A DNA stretch of 64,000 nt from Acidobacteriota bacterium (GCA_011523845.1 WTFV01000011.1:68871-132870), one strand, 5' to 3'; shown: positions 44,756 to 53,904, counted from the first letter of the stretch. Notes: generated by a model not told the origin, from the sequence alone. Made by a program: numbers and translations.

Positions 44756-45733
44756 TCACTTGCGATACCAGTCGTAGAACGCGTCCCCCTCCGGCACCTT
44801 GCGCCGGATGTCGACGATGATCGTCTCCCCCTCCCAGGTGGTGACGAGCTGCTCCTTGCGCACGTGCCCGTAGAGGAACTCCTCGACGAACTCGATGCAG
44901 CGGTACTCCAGGAGCTGCATGTTGTCCTCCAGCCGGCGGTAGAGCGGCATGGAGATCGTCCAGGGCTCGGTGAAGGTGTTCGGATCCGTAATCGTCACCT
45001 CGTAGTGGATGGCGTCGGGCGAGATCGGCGTGAAGCGCTCCTCCAGCCGCAGCGCCTCGCTGTGGAAGTTGCCGGCCCGGTCGAACCAGTTCTTGCCGTT
45101 GAACTCGGTGACCTCGACCACCAGCGTGTCGCCCTCCCAGCGGCCCACCGAATGCCCCATGTAGGTCCAGTCGGGCGGCAGCTCCACGTCGTCCAGGTGG
45201 ATGGTCCGCGCCGTGCTGGTGAACGCGAACGCCATCTGGATCTTGTTCGTGCTCTGCACGATCTGGAACGGGTAGGGCATGTACATCGCCCGCGGGATCC
45301 CCGGCAGATAGCACTTGAGCTCGGGGTCGCGGTCGATCCAGTTGGCCGCGTTCTCGTCCTTGATGGCCCGCGCCTCCGGCGTGTACGGGATCCCGCCGTC
45401 GCCCTCGACGACGCCGAGCGAGCCGGGGACGCCGCCGGCCGCGCCCAGCGCGAGCACCGGCGCCGCCGGGACCTCGACGAAGTCGAACGGATACGCACCC
45501 TGCTGCGTGACCATGCCGGGACGCGCGGCGTGGGCCTCCAGGTCCCAGTGGGCCTCGTTGTTCGCCTGCCAGATGCCGCTGAAGTCCGGCCGGCCATCGA
45601 CGGTCCGCACCGCGTCGGCCGCCTCGTCCTGACCGGCCGCGCCGGTCATCGACGCGGTGATGACGGCGGTCACGGCCGCCGTCACGAGCACCGCGGTGAC
45701 TATCGAGCCTCCGTATATCACTCGGTTTCGCAC
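44756..45733 (-). CDS. Exported protein of an uncharacterised family (WEGDTLVV motif), paralogue A
   Basis: 325 aa. N-terminal TM/signal segment, CYLPGIPRAM, HLDD..., GHSVGRWEGDTLVVEVTEFN, EYRCIEF. Confidence 0.7.
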   Translation of the reverse strand: MRNRVIYGGSIVTAVLVTAAVTAVITASMTGAAGQDEAADAVRTVDGRPDFSGIWQANNEAHWDLEAHAARPGMVTQQGAYPFDFVEVPAAPVLALGAAGGVPGSLGVVEGDGGIPYTPEARAIKDENAANWIDRDPELKCYLPGIPRAMYMPYPFQIVQSTNKIQMAFAFTSTARTIHLDDVELPPDWTYMGHSVGRWEGDTLVVEVTEFNGKNWFDRAGNFHSEALRLEERFTPISPDAIHYEVTITDPNTFTEPWTISMPLYRRLEDNMQLLEYRCIEFVEEFLYGHVRKEQLVTTWEGETIIVDIRRKVPEGDAFYDWYRK

Positions 45734-45883
45734 GTTGAACCCCCTGCGTCATTCGTCGCCCGCGGCGCCGCTCGCCGCCCAACCAATCCTCGCCGGCGGT
45801 TCGCACCGTTAGACGGCACAGCCCCCTGGCCGCCGCCTTCCCGGTACGCCGCCGGCTCCCGGCAAGGCCCGGTCACCCGCCGG

Positions 45884-47137
45884 TCACCGCTGCAGCGGAT
45901 TGACCTCGTCGCCCGAGTCGGCGAAGCCCGCGGCGAACCCGCCGCACCCGGCGCTGCACAGCGTGGCCGGATCCGGACCGGTGCCCTCGGCGAACGCCTG
46001 CTCCTCGGCGCGCGAGCCCCTCAGCAGGGCGGGCATGCCGTAGTTGCCCTCGTGGCAGCGGGGCTCCTTGTAGATGCGGTTGAGCTGGTCGCTCTGCCGG
46101 CTCAGCTCCAGCGCGACGGTCCAGGGCGCCGTCCACGTCGTCGGGTCGTTCATCGTGACGACGTACTCCAGCGTGTCGGCGTCGACGCGGCGCCAGCGCT
46201 CCACCAGGTGCAGGTTCTCGCGCGAGCCCTGGTAGTCGGTCTTCGGGCTGAAGTTGGTGACGTCGACCACCAGCGTGTCGCCCTCCCAGCGGCCGCGCGA
46301 ATCGCCCCACCACTGGCGGATGTGCGGCGGCAGGTGCGGTCGGTCGGTCACGGGGATGACCCGCTGCCAGCCCTGGCCCTGCCCGGTGTCGTAGAAGATC
46401 GAGACGGTCTCGGGCGACTGCACGATCTGCAGGAAGTAGCCGGCCGCACCCCCGAAGTCGGGCAGCCTGGCCGACATGCACCGCTCGCCGAGGCCGCGAT
46501 CCTCCGGGCCGTCGGAACGGTTGAACGACCCGCCCGCCGCGGCGCCCGTCGCCGGATAGAACGGCGGCGGCTCGTTCCGGCGCGGCGACGGCGGCCCGTA
46601 GGTGCCGCCTGCGCAGGACGGCAGGTTGTCGCGGCAGACCGCGGTGGCCTGCAGCAGCGCGAGCTGGTACTCGCGGATGGCGTCGCGCCGCGCCTGCGCC
46701 TCCGGCGTCAGCGGCGGAATCCGGCCGTCGGGCGGATCGATGATCAGCGACGTCCGCCGGCCCATGTACTTGTGCGACAGGTAGATCGCGGCGCTGTAGG
46801 CGCCGCCCACGTCCTGCTCGCTGCCGCGCTCGGCGTACCGGGTGTCCTGGTAGATGATGCGCGCCCGCTCCTCGTCCAGCTCGGCCCGCTGCTCGTCGGT
46901 CAGGAACTCCTGGTCGGCGAAGCGGGCGGGCCGCTCCAGCGGGATCAGGTAGTCGGTGGTCCAGATGCCCTGCAGGTCCGGCTCGCCCCACGGGGTGGGG
47001 GTGGCTGGCTCCGCGTCCGACTGGTCGGGCGGCTGCTGCGCCTGCCCTTCCACGGGCACCGGGGCCAACTGGAGAAGCACGATGACGCCGGCGACCGCCG
47101 CCGCCACGCCGAACAGCTCGAGTACGCGTCGTCTCAT
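45884..47137 (-). CDS. Exported protein of the same family, paralogue B
   Basis: 417 aa. Signal peptide, ERCMSARLP, GDSRGRWEGDTLVVDVTNFS, EPRCHEGNYG. Confidence 0.7.
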   Translation of the reverse strand: MRRRVLELFGVAAAVAGVIVLLQLAPVPVEGQAQQPPDQSDAEPATPTPWGEPDLQGIWTTDYLIPLERPARFADQEFLTDEQRAELDEERARIIYQDTRYAERGSEQDVGGAYSAAIYLSHKYMGRRTSLIIDPPDGRIPPLTPEAQARRDAIREYQLALLQATAVCRDNLPSCAGGTYGPPSPRRNEPPPFYPATGAAAGGSFNRSDGPEDRGLGERCMSARLPDFGGAAGYFLQIVQSPETVSIFYDTGQGQGWQRVIPVTDRPHLPPHIRQWWGDSRGRWEGDTLVVDVTNFSPKTDYQGSRENLHLVERWRRVDADTLEYVVTMNDPTTWTAPWTVALELSRQSDQLNRIYKEPRCHEGNYGMPALLRGSRAEEQAFAEGTGPDPATLCSAGCGGFAAGFADSGDEVNPLQR

Positions 47138-47223
47138 GTCGAACCTCCCGTCCCGATACGGGAGCCCGCCCCGGGGACTCCCTTCCGCCGCCGTCCGGTC
47201 ACGCCGCTACGAACAGCGGCGCA

Positions 47224-49077
47224 TCACTTCGCCCAGGCCACCCCCTCCGTCCGGGGGTCGACGCCGGCCGCCAGCACGCCGTGCTCGTGGTCCACGACGA
47301 TGGCGGCGTTCGAGCCCATCGACCACTCCGGCCGGACCCGCAGCGCGTGCCCCTTCGCCTCCAGCACCGCGCGCACCTCGGCCGAGACGCCCCGCTCCAC
47401 CGACAGGTCGCCCGGATACATGGTGTGCGGGAACGGCGAGGCGGGGAAGCTGCGCGTCGACCAGCGCGGCGCCTCTATCGCCTGCTGCACGTTCATGTCG
47501 AACTCCACCATGTTCAGCAGGGTCTGCATGGTCCGCATGATCTGGTCGTCGCCGCCGGGGCTGCCCAGGATGCCCCACGGCGCGCCGTCCTTCATGACCA
47601 GGGTGCTCTGCAGGGTGCTGCGCGGGCGCTTGCCGGGCGCCAGGGCGTTGGCCTCGCCGGGAACCAGCGAGTAGTAGTCGCCCCGGCACGTGAAGCTGAA
47701 CCCGAGGTCGCCGACGACCACCCCGGTCCCGAAGCCGCTGTGGAGGCTCGGCTCGAAGCTCACCATGTTGCGGTCGCCGTCGACCACCGCGATGTAGCTG
47801 GTGTCGCCCTCGTGATCGGCCTCCCCCGCGAAGGTGACGCGCGGGTGGGCCGGGGTCGGAGGCGGGTTCTCCATGAACCGCTCGGGGCTGCCCGGCCGGA
47901 ACTCCAGCGACGCCTCGTCCGGGTCGACCAGCGCGCGGCGCTCCGCGGCGTAGTCCTTCGACAGCAGCCCCTCGTAGGGAATGGGGACGACGTCCTGGTC
48001 GCCGAGATACTTCTCGCGGTCGGCGAAGGCCAGCTTCAGCGCCTCGGCGCTCGTATGGATGTAGTCGGCGCTGTTGTGGCGCATGGCCGCGAGGTCGAAG
48101 CCCTCCAGGATGTTCAGGGTGAACAGCTCGGCCGGCCCCTGGCTGGCCGACGGGTTCTTGTAGACGTCGTAGCCGCGGTAGTTGGTCGAGACCGGCGTCT
48201 CCACCTGGGCGGTGAAGGCGGCGAAGTCCTCGTAGCGATACAGGCCGCCGTTCTCCTCGAAGAACCTGGCCATGTCGCGGGCGATGTCGCCCTTGTAGAA
48301 GCGGTCGCGCCCCGCCTTCAGCGCGGCCGACCGGCCCAGGTGGGCGTTCTCTCGCTCGGCCTCGACGATCTTCTCCAGCACGCGGGCGGCGTCGGGATTG
48401 CGGAAGATCTCGCCCGGCGCGGGCGCGCGGCCGTCCGGGAAGTAGACGTCCATGGTCGTGGGGTACTGCCGGATCTTCTGCGAGCGGGAGATGCTCCGGC
48501 TCAGGGCCTCGCTGACCGGGAATCCCTCGGCCGCGACGGCGATGGCCCGCCGCAGCGTCTGCTCGAAGGTCATCGTCCCCCAGCGGTCCAGCAGGATGTA
48601 CCAGGCGTCGACCACGCCCGGGGTGGACGCGGCCAGCAGCCCGTCGCTGCGCGGCAGCTCGCCGTTGTTGTTCTCTTCGTACCACTCGATGGTGGCGAGC
48701 GCCGGCGCCATCCCCTCCGCGTTGATCGAGTAGACCTGTTCGGCCTCGGCGTCGTAGACCAGCAGCACGGCGTCGGCGCCGATGCCGTTGTTCCCCGGAT
48801 CGACCAGGGCCAGCACCGCCTGTCCCGCCACCGCGGCGTCGAAGGCGTTGCCGCCCGCGTCGAGAATCTCGACCGCGGCGGCCGTCGCCTGCGCCTTCAT
48901 CGAGCTGACCGCGTAGTCCTGCCCGCGGATGACCGGGCGGACCGTGCGGAAGTCCGGCGCCGCACGCATCGTCCCCGAGCCGGCGCCCCCCTGCTGCGCG
49001 GCCAAGTCGAGCGGGAAGCCGAACGCCATGAGAGCCATCAGGAACGTCACGCCGAGCACGAGGCGGCTTGCAGCCAT
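47224..49077 (-). CDS. ggt: Gamma-glutamyltransferase
   Basis: Start MAASRLVLGVTFLMAL at 49077 with AGGAGG upstream. GGNAFDAAVA, and the autoprocessing and nucleophile region HEGDTSYIAVVD, LGSPGGDDQI. Confidence 0.9.
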   Translation of the reverse strand: MAASRLVLGVTFLMALMAFGFPLDLAAQQGGAGSGTMRAAPDFRTVRPVIRGQDYAVSSMKAQATAAAVEILDAGGNAFDAAVAGQAVLALVDPGNNGIGADAVLLVYDAEAEQVYSINAEGMAPALATIEWYEENNNGELPRSDGLLAASTPGVVDAWYILLDRWGTMTFEQTLRRAIAVAAEGFPVSEALSRSISRSQKIRQYPTTMDVYFPDGRAPAPGEIFRNPDAARVLEKIVEAERENAHLGRSAALKAGRDRFYKGDIARDMARFFEENGGLYRYEDFAAFTAQVETPVSTNYRGYDVYKNPSASQGPAELFTLNILEGFDLAAMRHNSADYIHTSAEALKLAFADREKYLGDQDVVPIPYEGLLSKDYAAERRALVDPDEASLEFRPGSPERFMENPPPTPAHPRVTFAGEADHEGDTSYIAVVDGDRNMVSFEPSLHSGFGTGVVVGDLGFSFTCRGDYYSLVPGEANALAPGKRPRSTLQSTLVMKDGAPWGILGSPGGDDQIMRTMQTLLNMVEFDMNVQQAIEAPRWSTRSFPASPFPHTMYPGDLSVERGVSAEVRAVLEAKGHALRVRPEWSMGSNAAIVVDHEHGVLAAGVDPRTEGVAWAK

Positions 49078-49137
49078 GGCTGCCTCCTTCAGATGCAGGT
49101 ACCGACAGAGCCGGCTACCGAAAACCGGGAGCCCGCG

Positions 49138-49191
49138 GTGCGAACCCCTCTGCATTCGAACGGCGATGCATCCCGCGCCGGCGGTTCGCAC
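49138..49191. repeat. Nested palindrome upstream of ggt
   Basis: Outer stem GTGCGAACC / GGTTCGCAC encloses TGCAT-N10-ATGCA (49151-49170). The inner core is related to the TGCATTCGAGCGGCG repeats at 52312-52489. Confidence 0.6.
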
Positions 49192-49294
49192 GTCGAAGAC
49201 GCCAGCGCCGCGCAACCAGCCCAGTCTACTCCCGCGCCGCCCCGATGTCGTGCGTCAATCGGCCGCGTCGCCGACTTGGCTCCCCCCGGGGCTG

Positions 49295-49441
49295 CTACCG
49301 GACCGGCGCCGCGGACAACACGCCGACAGGCGTGCTCGTTGAAGCCACATTCGACGGCGTCCCCGACTCGGAGATCTTCCAGGACGGCTGCCGGACCGAC
49401 GCCGCGGACAAGGCGCCGGCCGGCGTGGTCGATGAAGCCAC
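49295..49441. repeat. Two direct copies (period 93 bp) of a 54-bp GC-rich palindrome-containing unit
   Basis: CTaCCGGACCgGCGCCGCGGACAAcacGCCGacaGGCGTGcTCGtTGAAGCCAC at 49295 and CTgCCGGACCgaCGCCGCGGACAAggcGCCGgccGGCGTGgTCGaTGAAGCCAC at 49388. Confidence 0.7.
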
Positions 49442-49561
49442 GCGCGAACAGCCGACTTGGTGCGCCTGCCTGGCGTCGTCTGCGCGGTTTCTGCGGCGCA
49501 GACACCCAGGATGCGACAATACGGGTTGCGACGGGATGCGACCACGATCCGTGTGCGTGCC

Positions 49562-51109
49562 ATGACGCGACGCAAGCTGCCCATCGGCGTGCAGACCTTC
49601 CGAGAGATCCGGGAAGACCACTGCTACTACGTGGACAAGACCGCCTACATCCGGCGGTTGCTCGACGAGGCCAAGCACTACTTCCTGTCGCGTCCGCGGC
49701 GGTTCGGCAAGAGCCTGTTCCTCGACACCTGCAAGGATCTGTTCGAGGGCCACGAGCCGCTGTTCGAGGGGCTCGCCATCCACAGCCGGTGGGACTGGTC
49801 GGTGCGCCATCCGGTGCTGCGCCTCAGCTTCGGCAGCGGCAACTTCAAGGAACCGGGCTACCTGCACATCAACCTGATGGCCCAGCTCGATGTCCTGGAG
49901 GAACAGCTCGGCGTCGCTTCCCGCTACGACACGGCCGCGGAGCGCTTCGGGCATCTGATCCGGATGTCGAGCGCGCAGGCCGGGCGGCGGGCCGTCGTCC
50001 TGGTCGACGAGTACGACAAGCCGATTCTGGACGCGCTGGACGCGCCGGAGCTCGCCCGCGCCAACCGCGACTTCCTGCGCGGCCTCTACGCGGTCATCAA
50101 GGACAGCGACGCTGACATCCGCTTCAGCTTCATCACCGGGGTGAGCAAGTTCTCCAAGGTCAGCCTGTTTTCCGGCCTCAACAACCTCAAGGACATCACT
50201 CTGCACCCGCGCTACTCGGCCCTCTGCGGCTACACCGAGGCCGATCTCGACACCGTGTTCGCGCCGGAGCTCGGCGGCCTGGACCGTGATCAGATCCGCG
50301 ACTGGTACAACGGCTACAGTTGGCGCGGCGACGAGAAGGTCTACAACCCGTTCGACATCCTGCTGCTGTTCGACACGCGCGAGTTCGCCGCCCACTGGTT
50401 CGAGACCGGCACGCCGACGTTTCTCGTGGACACGCTGTTCGCCCGGCGCGTGAGCTCGCTGGCGCTGGACGGGATGGTGGGCAGCGCCGAGCTGCTGTCG
50501 ACCTTCGACGTCGGCGACATGCCGACCGAGGCGCTGCTGTTCCAGACCGGCTACCTGACCATCGAGCGCCCCGAGCCGCGGGGCGGAGAGATGTTCTACC
50601 GGCTGGGGTATCCGAACCGGGAGGTGCGGCAGAGCCTGAACCGGAGCCTGCTGAACCGGATGACGGGCGACGCGTCCCGGCGGGCCGCGCACAGCGCACG
50701 GCTCTACGACCTGCTGCTGGTCAACGACTTTGCGGGTCTGGCGGCGCTGTTCGAGGCGTTCTTCGCGAGCATTCCCCACCAGTGGTACACGAACAACGAC
50801 ATCGCGCACTACGAGGGCTTCTACGCCAGCGTGTGCTACTCGTACTTCGCGGGGCTGGGTCTGGACGTCACGGTGGAGGACAGCAGCAGCCACGGCCGGC
50901 TGGACATGGCGGTGCGCTTCAACGGCCAGGTGTACCTGTTCGAGTTCAAGGTGGTGGAGCTGGCGCCCGAGGGCGCCGCGATGGCGCAGTTGAAGGCGAA
51001 GGGCTACGCGGACAAGTACCGCGGCCGGGGCGAGCCGATCCACCTGATCGCGGTGGAGTTCAGCAAGGAGGCCCGCAACCTGGCGGCGTTCGACGTAGAG
51101 CAGGCCTGA
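49562..51109 (+). CDS. AAA-ATPase-like domain protein with C-terminal PD-(D/E)xK nuclease-like domain
   Basis: Start MTRRKLPIGVQTFREIREDHCYYVDKTAYIRRLL...FLSRPRRFGKSLFLDT (PF09820-type N-terminus as remembered). C-terminal GRLDMAVRFNGQVYLFEFK (PDDEXK_9-like). Confidence 0.75.
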   Translation: MTRRKLPIGVQTFREIREDHCYYVDKTAYIRRLLDEAKHYFLSRPRRFGKSLFLDTCKDLFEGHEPLFEGLAIHSRWDWSVRHPVLRLSFGSGNFKEPGYLHINLMAQLDVLEEQLGVASRYDTAAERFGHLIRMSSAQAGRRAVVLVDEYDKPILDALDAPELARANRDFLRGLYAVIKDSDADIRFSFITGVSKFSKVSLFSGLNNLKDITLHPRYSALCGYTEADLDTVFAPELGGLDRDQIRDWYNGYSWRGDEKVYNPFDILLLFDTREFAAHWFETGTPTFLVDTLFARRVSSLALDGMVGSAELLSTFDVGDMPTEALLFQTGYLTIERPEPRGGEMFYRLGYPNREVRQSLNRSLLNRMTGDASRRAAHSARLYDLLLVNDFAGLAALFEAFFASIPHQWYTNNDIAHYEGFYASVCYSYFAGLGLDVTVEDSSSHGRLDMAVRFNGQVYLFEFKVVELAPEGAAMAQLKAKGYADKYRGRGEPIHLIAVEFSKEARNLAAFDVEQA

Positions 51110-51156
51110 TCGGCATCGATGCCTTGCCAAGGGTCCGGCCGGAGGGTCGCCGGGGA

Positions 51157-51181
51157 GTCCGTACCGCAGAACGCTGCAGAC
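51157..51181. repeat. REP hairpin variant
   Basis: GTCCGTACCGCAGAACGCTGCAGAC, related to GTCTGCGCCGTAGAACGGCGCAGAC. Confidence 0.55.
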
Positions 51182-51302
51182 AAGGCCCCCAGCGAACCCG
51201 CACGGCGTGCGACGGCGGAAGTCCAGCCGGCGCACCCTTTGCCGCAAGGCCCGGGAGGCGGCCATCGACGCACCTCACCCTGAGCCGGCGGCAGCGCCCG
51301 TC

Positions 51303-52265
51303 CTACTGCTCCGTGGCGCGGGCGCCCACCAGTATGTTCTCCAAGCCGTAGTTCCCCTCGTGACACGCGTACTCGTAGAGCAATCCGTCGAGGCTCGTCA
51401 TGGGGATCGACGCGGTCCACGGTCTCGTGTACTCGATGGGATCGCTGACGGTGAACTCGTAGTCGATCGTGTCGTCGTCGACCCGCGTGAAGCGCTCGAC
51501 GAGCAGCGTGGTCGCGTTGGCGCCGAAGACGGTCAGCGCGCGCCCGTTCACGGGGATGAAGTTGGTGGTCTCGACGACCAGCGTGTCGCCTTCCCACCGG
51601 CCGCGCGAGTCGCCCAGCCACTGGCGAATCCCCTCGTCCACATGGGAGCGTCCATCGAGGGGGATGATGCGGGCGTCGTGGATCATCTCGACCAGGATCA
51701 CGACGTATCCCGGCGCCTGGAAGATCTGGTAGTTGTGGTTGTAGAAGCCGGGCATCATCGTGCCGGGCATCCCGCGCGAGATGCACCGCTCGTAGAGGTT
51801 GCGATCCTCCGGTCCGGCCGGGACGCGGGTCCGATAGCTCTCGCGCGCCGGCCGGCGCGCGGCTTCGAAGGGCGTGAACGGCGGCAGCCGGCCGTCCGGC
51901 GGGTCGACGATGAGCGACGTGCGCGCCATCCGGACGCCGCGCTCGACCCAGAAGTTGTTGTACGAGCCGGTCTCGCCGGTTCCCGCGGTGACGCCGCGCT
52001 GCTCCCGGGCCACATCTCCCGCCTCGTCGAGCCCCGCCCGCTCTTCTTCCGTCAGAAGCTCCCGTCCCGCCAGGTCCGCGGGCCGCTCCAGCGGGGTGGT
52101 CGTGGTGTTGGTCCAGCGTCCCTGCAGGTCGGGGTCGCCCCACGCGGTGCGGGGTGAGGTCCAAGCGCTGCTCTCGCCCGCCTGCGTCTGGCCGCCCGCG
52201 CCGGCCGGGGCCAGCGCCGCGACCGCCATCAGCGTAATCGCCGCCGCGAGATATCGATGGGTCAT
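51303..52265 (-). CDS. Exported protein of the WEGDTLVV family, paralogue C
   Basis: Start MTHRYLAAAITLMAVAALAPAGA at 52265 with GGGAGGAAG upstream. ERCISRGMPG, GDSRGRWEGDTLVVETTNF, EYACHEGNYG. Confidence 0.7.
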   Translation of the reverse strand: MTHRYLAAAITLMAVAALAPAGAGGQTQAGESSAWTSPRTAWGDPDLQGRWTNTTTTPLERPADLAGRELLTEEERAGLDEAGDVAREQRGVTAGTGETGSYNNFWVERGVRMARTSLIVDPPDGRLPPFTPFEAARRPARESYRTRVPAGPEDRNLYERCISRGMPGTMMPGFYNHNYQIFQAPGYVVILVEMIHDARIIPLDGRSHVDEGIRQWLGDSRGRWEGDTLVVETTNFIPVNGRALTVFGANATTLLVERFTRVDDDTIDYEFTVSDPIEYTRPWTASIPMTSLDGLLYEYACHEGNYGLENILVGARATEQ

Positions 52266-52311
52266 CTCTTCCTCCCTGCTTCCCGCTCGCCAGGCTGCGT
52301 CGTGGGAGCCC

Positions 52312-52489
52312 GTGGCAAGGCCCCGCTGCATTCGAGCGGCGTTGCTCCACTGCGCCGCGTCGACGAGCTGCCGTACAGCGTGGCAAACGGCGCCGCATTC
52401 GAGCGGCGTCTTCTCCCGGCCGGCCTGCCGCAGCCCGGACAGCGGACGGGCGGTGGCAAGCTCGCTGCATTCGAGCGGCGTTGCTCCAC
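52312..52489. repeat. Three spaced copies of GTGGCAA-N-GC(T/C)GCATTCGAGCGGCGT motif in a divergent intergenic region
   Basis: Copies at 52312-52350, 52380-52416 and 52453-52489 (period 68-73 bp). They lie between the paralogue C start (52265, minus) and the padR start (52598, plus). Confidence 0.7.
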
Positions 52490-52597
52490 CGGCTCCTGGG
52501 ATCCGCATGATGAATCAGGAGCCGACCGCGCGCAACAGAACTCTTGGACGGACGGGCTCTTGATCCGCACCCGCATTTCTGCGTATATTGTGAATAA

Positions 52598-52930
52598 ATG
52601 CCTCGTGACCTGCTGACCGACTTCGAGTTGATGATCCTGCTCGCGATCCTCAGGGTCGGGGACGATGCGTACGGCGTGCGCATCGCTCGCGAGATCGAGC
52701 GCACCGGCGGGCGACGCGCCGTGCTGGGGGCGGTGTACGCCGCACTCGATCGGCTGGAGCGGAACGGGTTCGTTTCCTCGTCGATCGGCGATCCCACGCC
52801 GACGCGCGGAGGCCGCGCCAAACGCTTCTTCCAAGTGACTCCCGCCGGCGTCGACGCCGTCAAGAGCACGCAGTCCGCCCTCGTCTCGTTGTGGACCGGC
52901 ATTCCCGAACTGGAAGGAGCAGCGCCATGA
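52598..52930 (+). CDS. PadR-family transcriptional regulator
   Basis: DFELMILLAILRVGDDAYGVRIAREIE...LGAVYAALDRLERNGFVSS. Confidence 0.85.
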   Translation: MPRDLLTDFELMILLAILRVGDDAYGVRIAREIERTGGRRAVLGAVYAALDRLERNGFVSSSIGDPTPTRGGRAKRFFQVTPAGVDAVKSTQSALVSLWTGIPELEGAAP

Positions 52931-53415
52931 CCGGCCCCCGTCCGCCACGGCTCGCCCTGTATGTCCTGCGCGCGTTTCGCGTGGACGACGAATCGCTGGT
53001 CGGCGACCTCGTCGAGGAATTCGGCGCTCGACGGTCGCGCCTGTGGTTGTGGCGCCAGGTCCTGGGCGCGGTGCTCGCCGGACCGGAAGCGCGTCGCCGC
53101 ACGGGTCCGCTGGGCCTCTGCGACGCCCGCTTCGCGCAGTCCGTCCTCCGCCCGACCCCGCGCAGGGAACCCCGGATCAACCTGAGCGGCGGACCCGTTG
53201 CCGGCATCGGGGGGCTGAGCATCGTCGCTCTGGTATTCCACGTCGCACTGGTGAGTCCGCAGGTCATGTGGCTGCCGGTGCTCGGCCTGGCGGCGGGGAC
53301 TCTCGCAGGCGTAGCGCTCGTCGTGCGGCGTCGACGCCATCCTTACGGGATGACGATACGCGGACTAAGGCGATCGATTCCGGCAGACCTGCCTGGCGCG
53401 GCGCTGCGTGGTTGA
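52927..53415 (+). CDS. PadR-linked membrane protein
   Basis: ATG at 52927 overlaps the padR stop (ATGA). MTGPRPPRLALYVLRAFRVDDESLVGDLVEEF, then two hydrophobic segments. Confidence 0.5.
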   Translation: MTGPRPPRLALYVLRAFRVDDESLVGDLVEEFGARRSRLWLWRQVLGAVLAGPEARRRTGPLGLCDARFAQSVLRPTPRREPRINLSGGPVAGIGGLSIVALVFHVALVSPQVMWLPVLGLAAGTLAGVALVVRRRRHPYGMTIRGLRRSIPADLPGAALRG

Positions 53416-53433
53416 CGACGCGACCGGACTGCT

Positions 53434-53904
53434 TCACGTCCCGACAATCTGGACCGGTATCCCCTCCGGGTCCCGGACGTAGAAGCCGTAGTCCAGGTTC
53501 CGGTCCGGGGTCAGTCCGCGCTGCTCGAGGGCGCGGGTGACCGCCTCCCGGTCGAACCCTTCGATGGCGATCGCGTAGTGGTCGACGATGCCCGTGGGCG
53601 GCTTGCGGTGGAGCGACACCAGGATGCTGTCCGTGCCCATGCGCACGATCTCGTTCTCGCGATCCTCGTTCAGGATTGACAGCCCGAAGACTTCCCGGTA
53701 GAAGGCGATCGAGCGCGGCAGGTCCGTCACCTGAATGCTGATGTGATCGATCCGTGTCGAGGTGAACGGCGTCTGCTGCCGTGCCGACGCGGCGGCCGCG
53801 CCGCCCCCGGCCGTGGCCAGCATCGTCAGGCTCTTCACGAGTTCCCGCCGGGAGACCCGGCCCTGTTCGAAGCGGCTCACGAGATCGGAAATGACGCCTT
53901 CCAT
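53434..53904 (-). CDS. VOC (glyoxalase/bleomycin-resistance/dioxygenase) family protein with Tat-like leader
   Basis: GRVSRRELVKSLTMLATAGGGAAAASA, then IDHISIQVTDLPRSIAFYREVFGL. Confidence 0.75.
   Translation of the reverse strand: MEGVISDLVSRFEQGRVSRRELVKSLTMLATAGGGAAAASARQQTPFTSTRIDHISIQVTDLPRSIAFYREVFGLSILNEDRENEIVRMGTDSILVSLHRKPPTGIVDHYAIAIEGFDREAVTRALEQRGLTPDRNLDYGFYVRDPEGIPVQIVGT

Noticed and set aside
43207-50115. ORFs 43207..44586(-), 43338..44777(+), 44864..47674(+), 47281..50115(+), 45873..46991(-), 47207..48685(-)
   Set aside because: Off-frame or antisense to the membrane protein, the WEGDTLVV paralogues and ggt. Low-complexity translations.
52312-52489. Possible CRISPR array (three spaced repeats)
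   Set aside because: There are only three copies and the repeats are imperfect. The spacers are not uniform and one related copy lies 3 kb away. No cas genes are present. A regulatory or REP-type repeat explains it better.
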